From the IMG/VR virus record IMGVR_UViG_3300014208_000083, positions 1-37,693 of that record: a stretch of DNA of 37,693 bases. One strand, 5' to 3'. The notes under the pieces are model-generated. The model was not told the DNA's origin. It worked only from the letters and a program-made list of their open reading frames with translations, and made no database searches. Shown here piece after piece: positions 1 to 8,389 of this stretch; the first letter of the stretch is position 1, and the number at the start of each line of letters is the position of its first letter. A program made the translations under genes and the position numbers. This stretch comes from a virus (taxonomy: Duplodnaviria > Caudoviricetes).

Positions 1-608
1 ACCTGCGCGTATGTCGTTGAATGAGGGTTTGAAGTGCTAGATATATGCGCCTGTATGTTCGCGTTCACAGGCTCGAACGGCAATGTCGATATGGCTATGC
101 CTTTCTTCGCGAACCCGTCCGCCGAGTCTTCGATAAGCAGGAGATCCGCCACTACTGGTACGGCCTTAATAGTGAATGTCGTATAGTTGTTGGCGTTCCG
201 TAGCAGGTACTTGCTGGTGATCGCGTTCGGCTGTGGCAGCTCGGAGTTGTAAGGGTTGCTCATTATCCATACATCATCGTTGATAAGGAGCTTCTCAAGA
301 GCATCATCCCATAGAGTAAGCTGAAACTTCTTTTTCTCCCTGGAAAGGTACTTCTCCATAATCGCTACCATTTCCGTGGTGCCGAGATCAAGCGTGCCTG
401 TGGTCACTCCGTTCACGTCCGTAGAGAATGAAGAGCATTCCGCTACCTTTTCGCCCCTGCTGAATATGGTCATTATCAGACTGCCGACAAGCGAAGGAGC
501 GAAGTTCAGGAGTTGGACGGTTACGGCGGTTTCGCGGAATGCCGGGATCGGCCAGTCGTTCATGTACAGCTTCTTGTCGCTGTTTATTCTTAAAATTATG
601 TTACCCAT
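1..608 (-). CDS. Tail/fibre-associated structural protein, 3' end cut off by the window edge
   Basis: Manual translation from ATG at 608 (overlaps the stop of the 601-786 ORF): MGNIILRINSDKKLYMNDWP...AHISSTSNPHSTTYAQV, open to position 1. H-x5-NPH-x-T-x-AQV resembles a common phage fibre motif. Confidence 0.65.
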   Translation of the reverse strand, partial: MGNIILRINSDKKLYMNDWPIPAFRETAVTVQLLNFAPSLVGSLIMTIFSRGEKVAECSSFSTDVNGVTTGTLDLGTTEMVAIMEKYLSREKKKFQLTLWDDALEKLLINDDVWIMSNPYNSELPQPNAITSKYLLRNANNYTTFTIKAVPVVADLLLIEDSADGFAKKGIAISTLPFEPVNANIQAHISSTSNPHSTTYAQ

Positions 609-786
609 TTGATTTCTCCTTATTTAATGTGCTTCTGAACTTCAGTTTCGGCTTACTGGTAATGCTGTATAAGGAACCAGTCGAGGATCTCTTGAACTTC
701 GCCTTGCGTATCGCCCTGTCTATCTCCAGCATCTTTGCCTCTTCGTCGAGGTTTCTTTCGTCAGTCGGTTTGATAAATTCTCTCAT
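601..786 (-). CDS. Hypothetical basic protein (61 aa)
   Basis: ORF track; overlaps both neighbours in the late operon. Confidence 0.6.
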   Translation of the reverse strand: MREFIKPTDERNLDEEAKMLEIDRAIRKAKFKRSSTGSLYSITSKPKLKFRSTLNKEKSNG

Positions 787-1274
787 CTGAGCATGAACCC
801 CATTTGAAGTTTGTTCTTTTCAATCACGGTCACGAACTTCATGGCCTCTGCAATTTCCGCTTCCGTCTTGCTGTTGTAGGCTATATGCCCGACACAACGA
901 AGAGAATCATAGGCTATTTCCCTCTGTATCCAGTTCGGAGACTGCGGCATCTTCAAAACATCAAGGAACATCACATCACAATCATATTGTGATAATAGAT
1001 GGGTTTTATATCCTCCATCGTGCAAACACCCTGCAAATAGGCATCTCTGGTCGAATGGCGTAAGCCCTGTCAGCGTGTAAACTGGTCTAGGCACTGAAAT
1101 TCCATCCCAAGGGAAATTAGGTCGTATCCCCATCCAAAACTTGTCGCAATCAAAAACTAATGCGTATTCAGGCCACAGGTCTGCCGGTTCATAGGGGCTG
1201 ATTTCCGTTAAAGCCTCACTCCCGTTTAAAGGGTTCGGCCTACTCCCGCATCGTTTTATGAGTGTCGGTTCCAT
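783..1274 (-). CDS. DUF1353-like phage protein
   Basis: FPWDGISVPR...CLHDGGY...DCDVMF motifs match the DGxSxP...HDxxY pattern of DUF1353. Confidence 0.75.
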   Translation of the reverse strand: MEPTLIKRCGSRPNPLNGSEALTEISPYEPADLWPEYALVFDCDKFWMGIRPNFPWDGISVPRPVYTLTGLTPFDQRCLFAGCLHDGGYKTHLLSQYDCDVMFLDVLKMPQSPNWIQREIAYDSLRCVGHIAYNSKTEAEIAEAMKFVTVIEKNKLQMGFMLR

Positions 1275-1278
1275 ATTC

Positions 1279-1419
1279 TCACTTGATTAAATATTCCATA
1301 ATCCCATAAGCGACCATCAGAATTCCAAGTCCTGAACAGAACGATATCCAGTATTCAGATGCTGGCCTCTGTCCCGCCGTGTCCCAATGCAAGCCTATCC
1401 TGTCGATATGGATAATCAT
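1279..1419 (-). CDS. Small membrane protein (46 aa)
   Basis: Manual translation MIIHIDRIGLHWDTAGQRPASEYWISFCSGLGILMVAYGIMEYLIK; ATGA overlap with the upstream gene; C-terminal hydrophobic helix. Confidence 0.5.
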   Translation of the reverse strand: MIIHIDRIGLHWDTAGQRPASEYWISFCSGLGILMVAYGIMEYLIK

Positions 1420-1604
1420 TTCTCATCCTTCTGATATTCAATCCAAACCTTTGTCTGAGTAAATCGAACAAACCCATCTCCAATTTTTTTACCTTCGTTT
1501 TGTTCTATGTCCGGCACTCTGCTTTGATGGCAGTACGGACACGGATTCATCGTGATGCAACCCGCCAGAAATAGAATCAATAAAACTGAAATAGTAATTT
1601 TCAT
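1416..1604 (-). CDS. Small lipoprotein
   Basis: Likely start at 1604: MKITISVLLILFLAG-C lipobox, followed by CPYC. Confidence 0.65.
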   Translation of the reverse strand: MKITISVLLILFLAGCITMNPCPYCHQSRVPDIEQNEGKKIGDGFVRFTQTKVWIEYQKDEK

Positions 1605-1687
1605 TTCTTCACCTTCCCGCAGCTCTGGCACTTGTCTACATATTCCGCGTTTATCGCATGGCAATATCGGCAAATCCAAATTTTCAT
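1601..1687 (-). CDS. 28-aa RanBP2-type zinc-finger microprotein
   Basis: MKIWICRYCHAINAEYVDKCQSCGKVKK fits W-x-C-x2-C-x3-N-x6-C-x2-C; AGGAAAG upstream; ATGA overlap with the next gene. Confidence 0.65.
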   Translation of the reverse strand: MKIWICRYCHAINAEYVDKCQSCGKVKK

Positions 1688-1702
1688 TTTAACAACTTTC
1701 CT

Positions 1703-1722
1703 AATTTACCTTAAGGTAAATT
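1703..1722. repeat. Perfect 20-bp palindrome AATTTACCTTAAGGTAAATT
   Basis: Directly visible; equals its own reverse complement; intergenic. Confidence 0.85.
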
Positions 1723-1733
1723 CCCGACATGGC

Positions 1734-2135
1734 TTATTTTGCATTCGCCCCTTCACTCACCCCGCCTGTCGATGCCGTCAATGGTGCGTCGGCGGCCTCA
1801 ATCACTTTTGCCATTCCTTCCAGTGCGTCCTTGGTGACATCCTTGATAACCGAAAACCACACCCTGAAGAATTTTCCGCACACAATTTTGAAGTGTGCAG
1901 TAGGATCATCTGGAGTACCTGGTGACAGCACTAAGCCGAAAGCCCAACCACGATCAATAATGAGTACATTTTTTTCCTTGGTACTCTGCATGACGCTTCC
2001 AATTATGTCAGCGTTTATCTTCTCGTAGGATATGACTTTTCCGTCCTTGTCAAATCCGTACTGCTCCGTAAGTGTTCCGCACCCGCTAAGAATTAGCACT
2101 AGGCACAGCGACACAAGGCACATTGTAGTTTTCAT
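1734..2135 (-). CDS. Lipoprotein (possibly lysis/spanin related)
   Basis: MKTTMCLVSLCLVLILSG-C lipobox; lies among membrane-protein genes. Confidence 0.7.
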   Translation of the reverse strand: MKTTMCLVSLCLVLILSGCGTLTEQYGFDKDGKVISYEKINADIIGSVMQSTKEKNVLIIDRGWAFGLVLSPGTPDDPTAHFKIVCGKFFRVWFSVIKDVTKDALEGMAKVIEAADAPLTASTGGVSEGANAK

Positions 2136-2241
2136 AAGCTATTTTCCCTATATATATTGTTGCCAAAAGTAAAATTATGAACATCAGGAAATCAACCGCC
2201 TCAAGTTTTTGAATCCATTTTTTATTACGGTAAATGCACAT
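2086..2241 (-). CDS. Possible small membrane protein (51 aa)
   Basis: Manual translation MCIYRNKKWIQKLEAVDFLMFIILLLATIYIGKIAY...; fills the gap but overlaps the next gene by 50 nt. Confidence 0.3.
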   Translation of the reverse strand: MCIYRNKKWIQKLEAVDFLMFIILLLATIYIGKIAYENYNVPCVAVPSANS

Positions 2242-2249
2242 GTCATCCC

Positions 2250-2720
2250 TTATGGTTTTGTAATCGCTTCCAATGCTTTAGCCAGTGCCGAATAATCCTT
2301 GAACAGCCATACGAACAGTCCGCCTATTATGGGAGTAAAGAAAACCAGAACCCCGATAAACACTTTTCCTGTATTTTTAATTGTAGCTATTTCCAACTTG
2401 TTATTGTTCCTACCCTCAAAGAGTTTTTCGATTTTATCGTTTATAATTTTCTGCGCCTCTCGGATTTCATGGACTATTTCAAGCGTGGTATCCTGCTTGC
2501 CCTCAATACGGGTTATCCGCTCGCCCTGGGGGCACAAGCCGGAATCACATTTCAAATCAGCCGCGACTTTGCGGGACACCTTCTCAATCGTCTGCGTCTG
2601 GCTTAAATGCTCCATCCTCAACATTTCGCGGGTTGTACATAAATTACGTTCAAGCAAGGACAAGTCCTGTTCCCGCTTGTCGAGGTCGGACTGTCGTTTT
2701 TTTATGTCTGTCTCGCTCAT
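2250..2720 (-). CDS. Coiled-coil protein with C-terminal TM helix (holin/XhlA-like architecture)
   Basis: ERITRIEGKQD coiled coil followed by VFIGVLVFFTPIIGGLFVWLF; directly downstream of the fibre gene. Confidence 0.6.
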   Translation of the reverse strand: MSETDIKKRQSDLDKREQDLSLLERNLCTTREMLRMEHLSQTQTIEKVSRKVAADLKCDSGLCPQGERITRIEGKQDTTLEIVHEIREAQKIINDKIEKLFEGRNNNKLEIATIKNTGKVFIGVLVFFTPIIGGLFVWLFKDYSALAKALEAITKP

Positions 2721-2735
2721 ATTACCCCTTTCAGG

Positions 2736-5669
2736 TTACGGAAAGTAGTTTAAAGTTAGACCAGGCGCAGGTGAATCCCCAGTGGAAATATCCCAACTAC
2801 TTGTCGGCGGTGTAGATCCATCGTCCGTATGTGTATATAATGCCGCTCCAGTACCGGCGATAACCCAGCCCGTGTTGTAATAGTAGAGATCGTAAACACC
2901 AAAAGAGAACATGGGGCGCGTCTGGTACATCCCGGCATAGGTATACTCTCCGTTTACCGCCGTAGTGCCTGCATCTGCAACGGTAACAGTAGAAGCAGCG
3001 TGTTCGCTCGCCGTGTCCACCCAGTTTGCCGCCGCCGGATATACCGATGTTGCTATGATGCCAGTGTCGGTTGTGCGGATTGCCAGATAGTCGTTCCTGC
3101 CAGTTGAAACCGCCTTTCTGTCTGCCGCCGATGCTACTGGCAGAGTTTCGCCAGATGCGGGAATAATGGTCAGCGGATACGCGCCATATAATGCAATTGT
3201 CGGCGCGGTAAAAGCAGCTGTGTATTTTGCGTAATTATACATTGCAAAATCATCAACATATCCGGCAAACTGCATGGAGCCATCTGATTTGCCGTCTCCG
3301 ATTCTAAGGGGTAGTCCGTACATGTTAAATGTACTGCTTGTTACATCTACCGTGGCCTCTTCCGCACCACCTATATACAATTTTAAATCGTTTCCGTAAC
3401 GCACCAGCGCAACATGATACCATGTCTCAGTATTGAGTGTCATTGTTGATGCGGCGCGTTTCTGCGTTGCCGCAGAGTCATAGCATTCTATTTGAAATTT
3501 ATTCCCGCCGCCGGTTTCACACGCGACGGATATTGTATTCGCCGTTTGATTGACCGCGTTTCCCATACTGAATACACATTTGTCTGCATTCCAACTTGCC
3601 TGATAAACCCAAAATTCAATCGTCCAATCCTGAGTGCCATTGATATAATCTGAGTCGATGTTTGAGGACGTGTGATCTCCAGCACTCAGTATCGCCAATG
3701 ATTTGCCTCCATATTTGCTCTGAGTTGCCGATTGGACTGCTCCGCCAGCAACAGACACGTTCCGGTTATATCGGGACTTGTCTGTTATAACTTGTCCAGT
3801 TGCGTCAAAGTTTAAATAAATTAAAGCGGTAGGTGGAACTACAAGCCCGGTTTCATTGACAATCGACACTTGGAAGTTTGCCCCCAGATTCGCCAGCGTG
3901 TCAAATTGTATCGTCATACCCTCCAACCCTGCATTTGTGAGGAGTTTGCCGTTGTCCGCACTTGTGAGCGTGTACGTCGTTGTTGCGCCGGAGATGGAGG
4001 TGGGTTCGGGGACGGATGCATTCACGCCCGTGAGAGCAGACCCGTCGCCAGCAAATGAAGTTGCTGTAAGCCTACCAGTCGAAGGATTGTACGTCATCTT
4101 GCTGGAGGAAACCTTTATCCCGCTGTCCGTGGTGGTCGTCGAGAATGTCGGATAATAAGTGGCATTTGTCGTGGTGTCGTCTGTAACGGTGACGGAGGCT
4201 GCAGGGACAGCTGCGTCTCTATCGATACTATTTGCGCCTGCAAGCGTGACAGTTCCGGGATTACTATTCCCAGACAACACATTGTAATCAGATGCGCCGG
4301 ATTCTGTTATGCCAAGACTTGTTGATCCATTGAAGCTGTTGCCTGTAATATTGGCGCGTATTACGCCTTGTCCAGCTTGCCCGTCTCCCATAGTTACATA
4401 ATTATAGGCAGATGCTGGCCCTTTGATTATATTCCCTGAAAAATTAACGTCTGTCATGGCTTTAAGAACTACACCTACAGTTGTTCCCGTATGACCAGTA
4501 ATATTGTTGCCGTGTATCGATATGTTTATATTATTGGCTGATGCAATTCCCGTTGAAACAAAGCCAATTCCAAAGTTACTTAAAAAATAAATATAGTTAT
4601 CAGAAATTGTAATGCTGTTTGACGCATTTATAAATGACATACCATCGTAGCCACGAATATAATTTTCGGTTATTATGCTGTTTGTGAATCCACAATTTGA
4701 GTTGGCTGATTTAACTGCAAAATGAAGCAGGTAAAACAAGTTTTGCTGTATGGAAGCATAAGATACTACGCAAGCCGACGACAATGAAACGCCAACCATT
4801 AATCCAACAGGCGCAGCCGCAGCTTCAAAATAATTTTCCCGGATAAATGGATAGCTTGACGTACCTGCAATAGCGACACCTATTGAGCTGGCAAACCAAC
4901 AACTGGAAACAGAAATTTTATCGCATCCGTTTATCGTTACCGCCGCGCTTGCTACTGTTTGCCCTGCCGTTGTTGCAAATTTAAGATATTGTATGGATAC
5001 GCCGCTTGAAGTAATATTCAATCCCGTGTAATTGCCAACAATATTTATAATGCAAAGACTTCTATCTACTCCAACTATGCTTATAGACTTATCGACAGTC
5101 AGTGCGTCGCTGAACGTATAGGTTCCGGGATACACTATCAGCGTGTCGCCAGCCTTCATCGCCGCGATTGCCGTGGCAAATTCAGTCTGATCGGCTGTCC
5201 CGTCGCAGACGTAGTCGCCCACGTGGTCGGAGCCAGTAGTGGAAATGGAGACGAGGTTGGCTGTGTTTTTGGCCTGGCCAGTGGCGTAAATACCATCAAA
5301 ATAAGTCTTCAACGTCGCCTTGGTGTTCGCCCAAGAGAGATGACTCCAGATATTAGACGAGCCACTGTTGGTTAATCCAATCATATCCGTGTCCACTGGC
5401 GTAGTTATCGCACCTGCGCCGTTTGTAAGAGTGCCAATACTGGCGGCAGTCTCGTTGCCGGTGTTAGATCCGCTGGTATTGCCGATGACAACCTTTTGAG
5501 CGTCCGTGCAGAATCGCTTGTCTGTTGAATCCGTAATGCCCGTTGTATCTGTGGTTGTGTCGACTTCCCTGTACTGGCCAGTAACAAGATCAACTTTTCC
5601 CGCACCTGTGACAAAAGTCAGCGTCAAGGCAAACAACAGCGATGCAAATATGATTTTTCTCATGATCAT
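2736..5669 (-). CDS. Tail fibre/spike-like protein: right-handed beta-helix plus LamG/ConA-like domain
   Basis: DYVCDGTADQTEFATAI...VYPGTY beta-helix cap, repeated IxxNxI rungs, YNPSTGRLTATSFAGDGSALTG linker, DWTIEFWVY...WYHVALVR...GYVDDF LamG motifs; N-terminus resembles a signal peptide. Confidence 0.8.
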   Translation of the reverse strand: MIMRKIIFASLLFALTLTFVTGAGKVDLVTGQYREVDTTTDTTGITDSTDKRFCTDAQKVVIGNTSGSNTGNETAASIGTLTNGAGAITTPVDTDMIGLTNSGSSNIWSHLSWANTKATLKTYFDGIYATGQAKNTANLVSISTTGSDHVGDYVCDGTADQTEFATAIAAMKAGDTLIVYPGTYTFSDALTVDKSISIVGVDRSLCIINIVGNYTGLNITSSGVSIQYLKFATTAGQTVASAAVTINGCDKISVSSCWFASSIGVAIAGTSSYPFIRENYFEAAAAPVGLMVGVSLSSACVVSYASIQQNLFYLLHFAVKSANSNCGFTNSIITENYIRGYDGMSFINASNSITISDNYIYFLSNFGIGFVSTGIASANNINISIHGNNITGHTGTTVGVVLKAMTDVNFSGNIIKGPASAYNYVTMGDGQAGQGVIRANITGNSFNGSTSLGITESGASDYNVLSGNSNPGTVTLAGANSIDRDAAVPAASVTVTDDTTTNATYYPTFSTTTTDSGIKVSSSKMTYNPSTGRLTATSFAGDGSALTGVNASVPEPTSISGATTTYTLTSADNGKLLTNAGLEGMTIQFDTLANLGANFQVSIVNETGLVVPPTALIYLNFDATGQVITDKSRYNRNVSVAGGAVQSATQSKYGGKSLAILSAGDHTSSNIDSDYINGTQDWTIEFWVYQASWNADKCVFSMGNAVNQTANTISVACETGGGNKFQIECYDSAATQKRAASTMTLNTETWYHVALVRYGNDLKLYIGGAEEATVDVTSSTFNMYGLPLRIGDGKSDGSMQFAGYVDDFAMYNYAKYTAAFTAPTIALYGAYPLTIIPASGETLPVASAADRKAVSTGRNDYLAIRTTDTGIIATSVYPAAANWVDTASEHAASTVTVADAGTTAVNGEYTYAGMYQTRPMFSFGVYDLYYYNTGWVIAGTGAALYTHTDDGSTPPTSSWDISTGDSPAPGLTLNYFP

Positions 5670-5673
5670 CTCC

Positions 5674-6006
5674 TTAATCGTTTATCGGGGTGTAGGTTGC
5701 TGTCAAACGGTTCGCCCATAAGTCAAAAGCCTTGAGAACACTGGTTACAGTTCCCGTAGTCGTAATCTTCTTAATAAAAACTTTATCTGGTTTACCGGAA
5801 TACCGGAAGTAAACAACTGTCGCGCTGACCGCATCAATTTCGTAGAACTGTGTAGCCTGGGCTGCAAGCGCAGCTCCATATCCGCCAATAAACTTCCCCT
5901 GGGTGTCAGTATCATACACACTTTCCGCCTTTACGACCAGTGCTACCACGACAAACACTATAAATCCTGCCAGCATCCCCCATCCACCTTTCACATACTT
6001 TTTCAT
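5674..6006 (-). CDS. Hypothetical protein with N-terminal signal/TM segment
   Basis: MKKYVKGGWGMLAGFIVFVVVALVVKA-ES; AAGGAG RBS. Confidence 0.7.
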   Translation of the reverse strand: MKKYVKGGWGMLAGFIVFVVVALVVKAESVYDTDTQGKFIGGYGAALAAQATQFYEIDAVSATVVYFRYSGKPDKVFIKKITTTGTVTSVLKAFDLWANRLTATYTPIND

Positions 6007-6019
6007 ATTCCGTCTCCTT

Positions 6020-6655
6020 TTATTGTGTCAATATTTGATAAAATCTTTGAATGAATAAATTGCTCCGGTTCGCGTCCACGGTGTCCTCGTTGTCGATTTC
6101 AAGGCATTTTCCGGCTATCATGTATACCAGCGGATCCTTGAACATGGGATCTATCTCGATCTGCTGTTCTTCTGCGGATACTTCCCATGTCTCGTTGAGC
6201 GTCGCATTCTTCAGGCTGGTGATACGGCCTCCAAAACCGGAAGAGTTGTCAACTGTTACCGTTTTGTCGCCTACAGTGTCAGATTGGAGGATATGTGCAA
6301 GCTTCGGTGTTCCTGCGGTCCGGTGGGCTGAACTGGCGTACATGTCGATCTGCGAAGCCGATCCAGATTTAAAGTACAGGATGGGATACGTCTCCCTGTT
6401 CCAGCCGGTGATCTTATAGTAGTCGATCAATTGTGCTCCTGTATCCGTGTACTCGAAAAGTCCGCCGTACGAAAGTTCTTTGAACGACACGTATTCAAGA
6501 TCGCTGTTCCTACAGGACGCAGGACGGATCCGGCGCAGCTCCTTAATGGAATCATTTCCAAAGGTTATAAGCTGGTCATCGGAAAATCGGTAGGGTGCTA
6601 TCGGATCATTCGCCAGTCCTCGTGCCGCGTCACTTATATCTGTCCAGTAAAGCAT
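6020..6655 (-). CDS. Head-tail adaptor/connector-like protein (DUF6682-like)
   Basis: N-terminal RFSDDQLITFGNDSIKELRRIRP and C-terminal FKDPLVYMIAGKCLEIDNE...RSNLFIQRF; position after the capsid genes. Confidence 0.6.
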   Translation of the reverse strand: MLYWTDISDAARGLANDPIAPYRFSDDQLITFGNDSIKELRRIRPASCRNSDLEYVSFKELSYGGLFEYTDTGAQLIDYYKITGWNRETYPILYFKSGSASQIDMYASSAHRTAGTPKLAHILQSDTVGDKTVTVDNSSGFGGRITSLKNATLNETWEVSAEEQQIEIDPMFKDPLVYMIAGKCLEIDNEDTVDANRSNLFIQRFYQILTQ

Positions 6656-6664
6656 ATGTACCTC

Positions 6665-7276
6665 TTAAGCTGAAAATCCTGGGGTTGAATTCTTGTTCTT
6701 GCGTTTCATTTCGGCCAGTGCGCTTGTAACGCCTGAATTGTAGAAAAAATGGTTGTCCGCCTCTACTTTGGGGTTCGTGTACGGTTTACGCGGCGATCTG
6801 GCAAGAATCTCTTTTGCGCCGGCAATTATGATATCCCCCCAGTCGTTGCATATCCGTTCCGGTATTTCAAGGCATCCGAGCTGCGGGACAAGTACGACTT
6901 TGATACGCATTCCAGCTACCAGGGCGTAATCGGGAGCGTAATCAACGTTCAGGAAATAAATCTCATTATCTTCAATGATATCATACAGGTCTTCATCAGA
7001 CGGTTCGATATCGTCAAAATCGTCCGTGGATTCGGTTTTGAGTTTTATCCATAGAATTCTCTGGATATCCGCATCATAGGTTATGGAAGGAACGTATGTC
7101 CGTTGAAGGGCTACGATGTCAAGATCTGCAAGTTCTTCCTGCCATAGCTCGGTCTTCTTCAGGAAGTTTCTTGCACAAGTTCTTAGGGCAAGTGCTATTT
7201 CCGGATCGGTCGCGCCAGGAACTTCGTCTATGACTTCCGGAATGAAATCAGCTATGTTTTTCGTTCTTACAGCCAT
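6665..7276 (-). CDS. Head-completion/adaptor protein
   Basis: DFIPEVIDEVPGA...ARNFLKKTELW...IIIAGAKEILARSPRKPYTNP pattern typical of adaptors next to N4-gp56-type capsids; synteny. Confidence 0.6.
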   Translation of the reverse strand: MAVRTKNIADFIPEVIDEVPGATDPEIALALRTCARNFLKKTELWQEELADLDIVALQRTYVPSITYDADIQRILWIKLKTESTDDFDDIEPSDEDLYDIIEDNEIYFLNVDYAPDYALVAGMRIKVVLVPQLGCLEIPERICNDWGDIIIAGAKEILARSPRKPYTNPKVEADNHFFYNSGVTSALAEMKRKNKNSTPGFSA

Positions 7277-7300
7277 AAACGATTCCTGTGTTAAAGATGT

Positions 7301-7843
7301 TTAAATCAAGTCTTTGGTTATTCCCTGGGACTTCAAAAACTCTTCCGTCTTCCTGTTCCCTGCGTTCCGGAAATTGTTGAATTCCTGTTCCGTGGCTTCG
7401 CCATGGTTCATGTACGGGTACTTGGTCACGTACGCGACAATCTTCCTGGGCTGTCCGGGCTTCTGTGTGAGTTCCGGGTAAGTGGCGCAGTCGATGATTC
7501 CAAGAAACCTCTGGGGAACGATGGTCTTTACGGTACGCTGCATGACAAGAATTTCTGAATTGCATGTCACCACGATATCGTCAGGCTGGTACTTGTCCGT
7601 CTTCGCACTGAACGTCACGAAAAAATACTTTTCCTTGTACGGGACTGGTCCGGTCGGTTCTTTCTTTTTGCTGATCAGGAAACCATTTCCTTCCGGTGCC
7701 GGCACGACTTCGTGCGTTCCCTTGAGATTCTTCTTCTCAAGAGCGAACTGGGCCGCCCTTTCGGTTTCGAATGGTTTTCCTTCTTTGTTGGTGATGATTT
7801 CCGGCTCTTGGCTCTTCTGTGACAGCTCTTGGCTCATAATCAT
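7301..7843 (-). CDS. Hypothetical head-module protein
   Basis: 180-aa ORF with AAGGA RBS, co-oriented with the capsid genes. Confidence 0.7.
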   Translation of the reverse strand: MIMSQELSQKSQEPEIITNKEGKPFETERAAQFALEKKNLKGTHEVVPAPEGNGFLISKKKEPTGPVPYKEKYFFVTFSAKTDKYQPDDIVVTCNSEILVMQRTVKTIVPQRFLGIIDCATYPELTQKPGQPRKIVAYVTKYPYMNHGEATEQEFNNFRNAGNRKTEEFLKSQGITKDLI

Positions 7844-7857
7844 TTCCTTTTCATTGT

Positions 7858-7905
7858 TTTTAAAAATCCCCCTGCCCTACGCCATTACAGCATAAGACAG
7901 GGGAG
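7858..7905 (-). terminator. Probable intrinsic terminator after the capsid and decoration genes
   Basis: Minus strand CCCCTGTCTTATGCTG-TAA-TGGCGTAGGGCAGGGG forms a long stem with G:U pairs, followed by ATTTTT. Confidence 0.6.
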
Positions 7906-7915
7906 GGGGTTGGGT

Positions 7916-8323
7916 TTATTCGTAGCATCCTGCTTCGAAATAGCAGACCTGCCCACTGATGTTGACGGCTGCAGTCTCGTTGATCGAAAAACCGGCAGGT
8001 ATGTTGTCAAGAGCAGGTGCGCCCTCAAAATCATATGTTCCAGCGGCTTTCTTCACAAGATAGACAGTTGACAGCGCAGACATAATGTCTCCACCGTCAT
8101 ACTGAGCTATTCCGGCGCCAGCAGCAAGCTTTGCAACCGAACGAAGGGCAATCTGTTTGACGCCTTCGGCGATTGCCGTTGTTCCGCTCATGCCCGTATT
8201 CCATTCAAGCGCGGGAACCGCTGAGGCTGAAATATTGAATACTTTTACGAAATCCGGTTTGAAGCCTATTCCGATATGGAGGGCTGCACCCGTTCCGACG
8301 AATGTTCCTGAAATCACTTTCAT
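7916..8323 (-). CDS. Probable capsid decoration/minor capsid protein
   Basis: GTFVGTGAALHIGIGFKPDFVKVFN; Gly/Ala-rich beta protein directly after the MCP; strong TAAGGAG RBS. Confidence 0.6.
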   Translation of the reverse strand: MKVISGTFVGTGAALHIGIGFKPDFVKVFNISASAVPALEWNTGMSGTTAIAEGVKQIALRSVAKLAAGAGIAQYDGGDIMSALSTVYLVKKAAGTYDFEGAPALDNIPAGFSINETAAVNISGQVCYFEAGCYE

Positions 8324-8351
8324 TGTCTTTCTCCTTAAAATTATGTCTTCC

Positions 8352-8374
8352 GGCGGGGAGTTTCTTGCCCCGCC
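8352..8374 (-). other. GC-rich hairpin after the MCP stop
   Basis: GGCGGGG-N9-CCCCGCC with no U-tract on the minus strand, so more likely mRNA stabilising than terminating. Confidence 0.5.
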
Positions 8375-8389
8375 TTCAGACGTTATTGG

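Noticed and set aside
2736-5669. Diversity-generating retroelement target
   Set aside because: No reverse transcriptase and no TR/VR repeat pair seen in the window.
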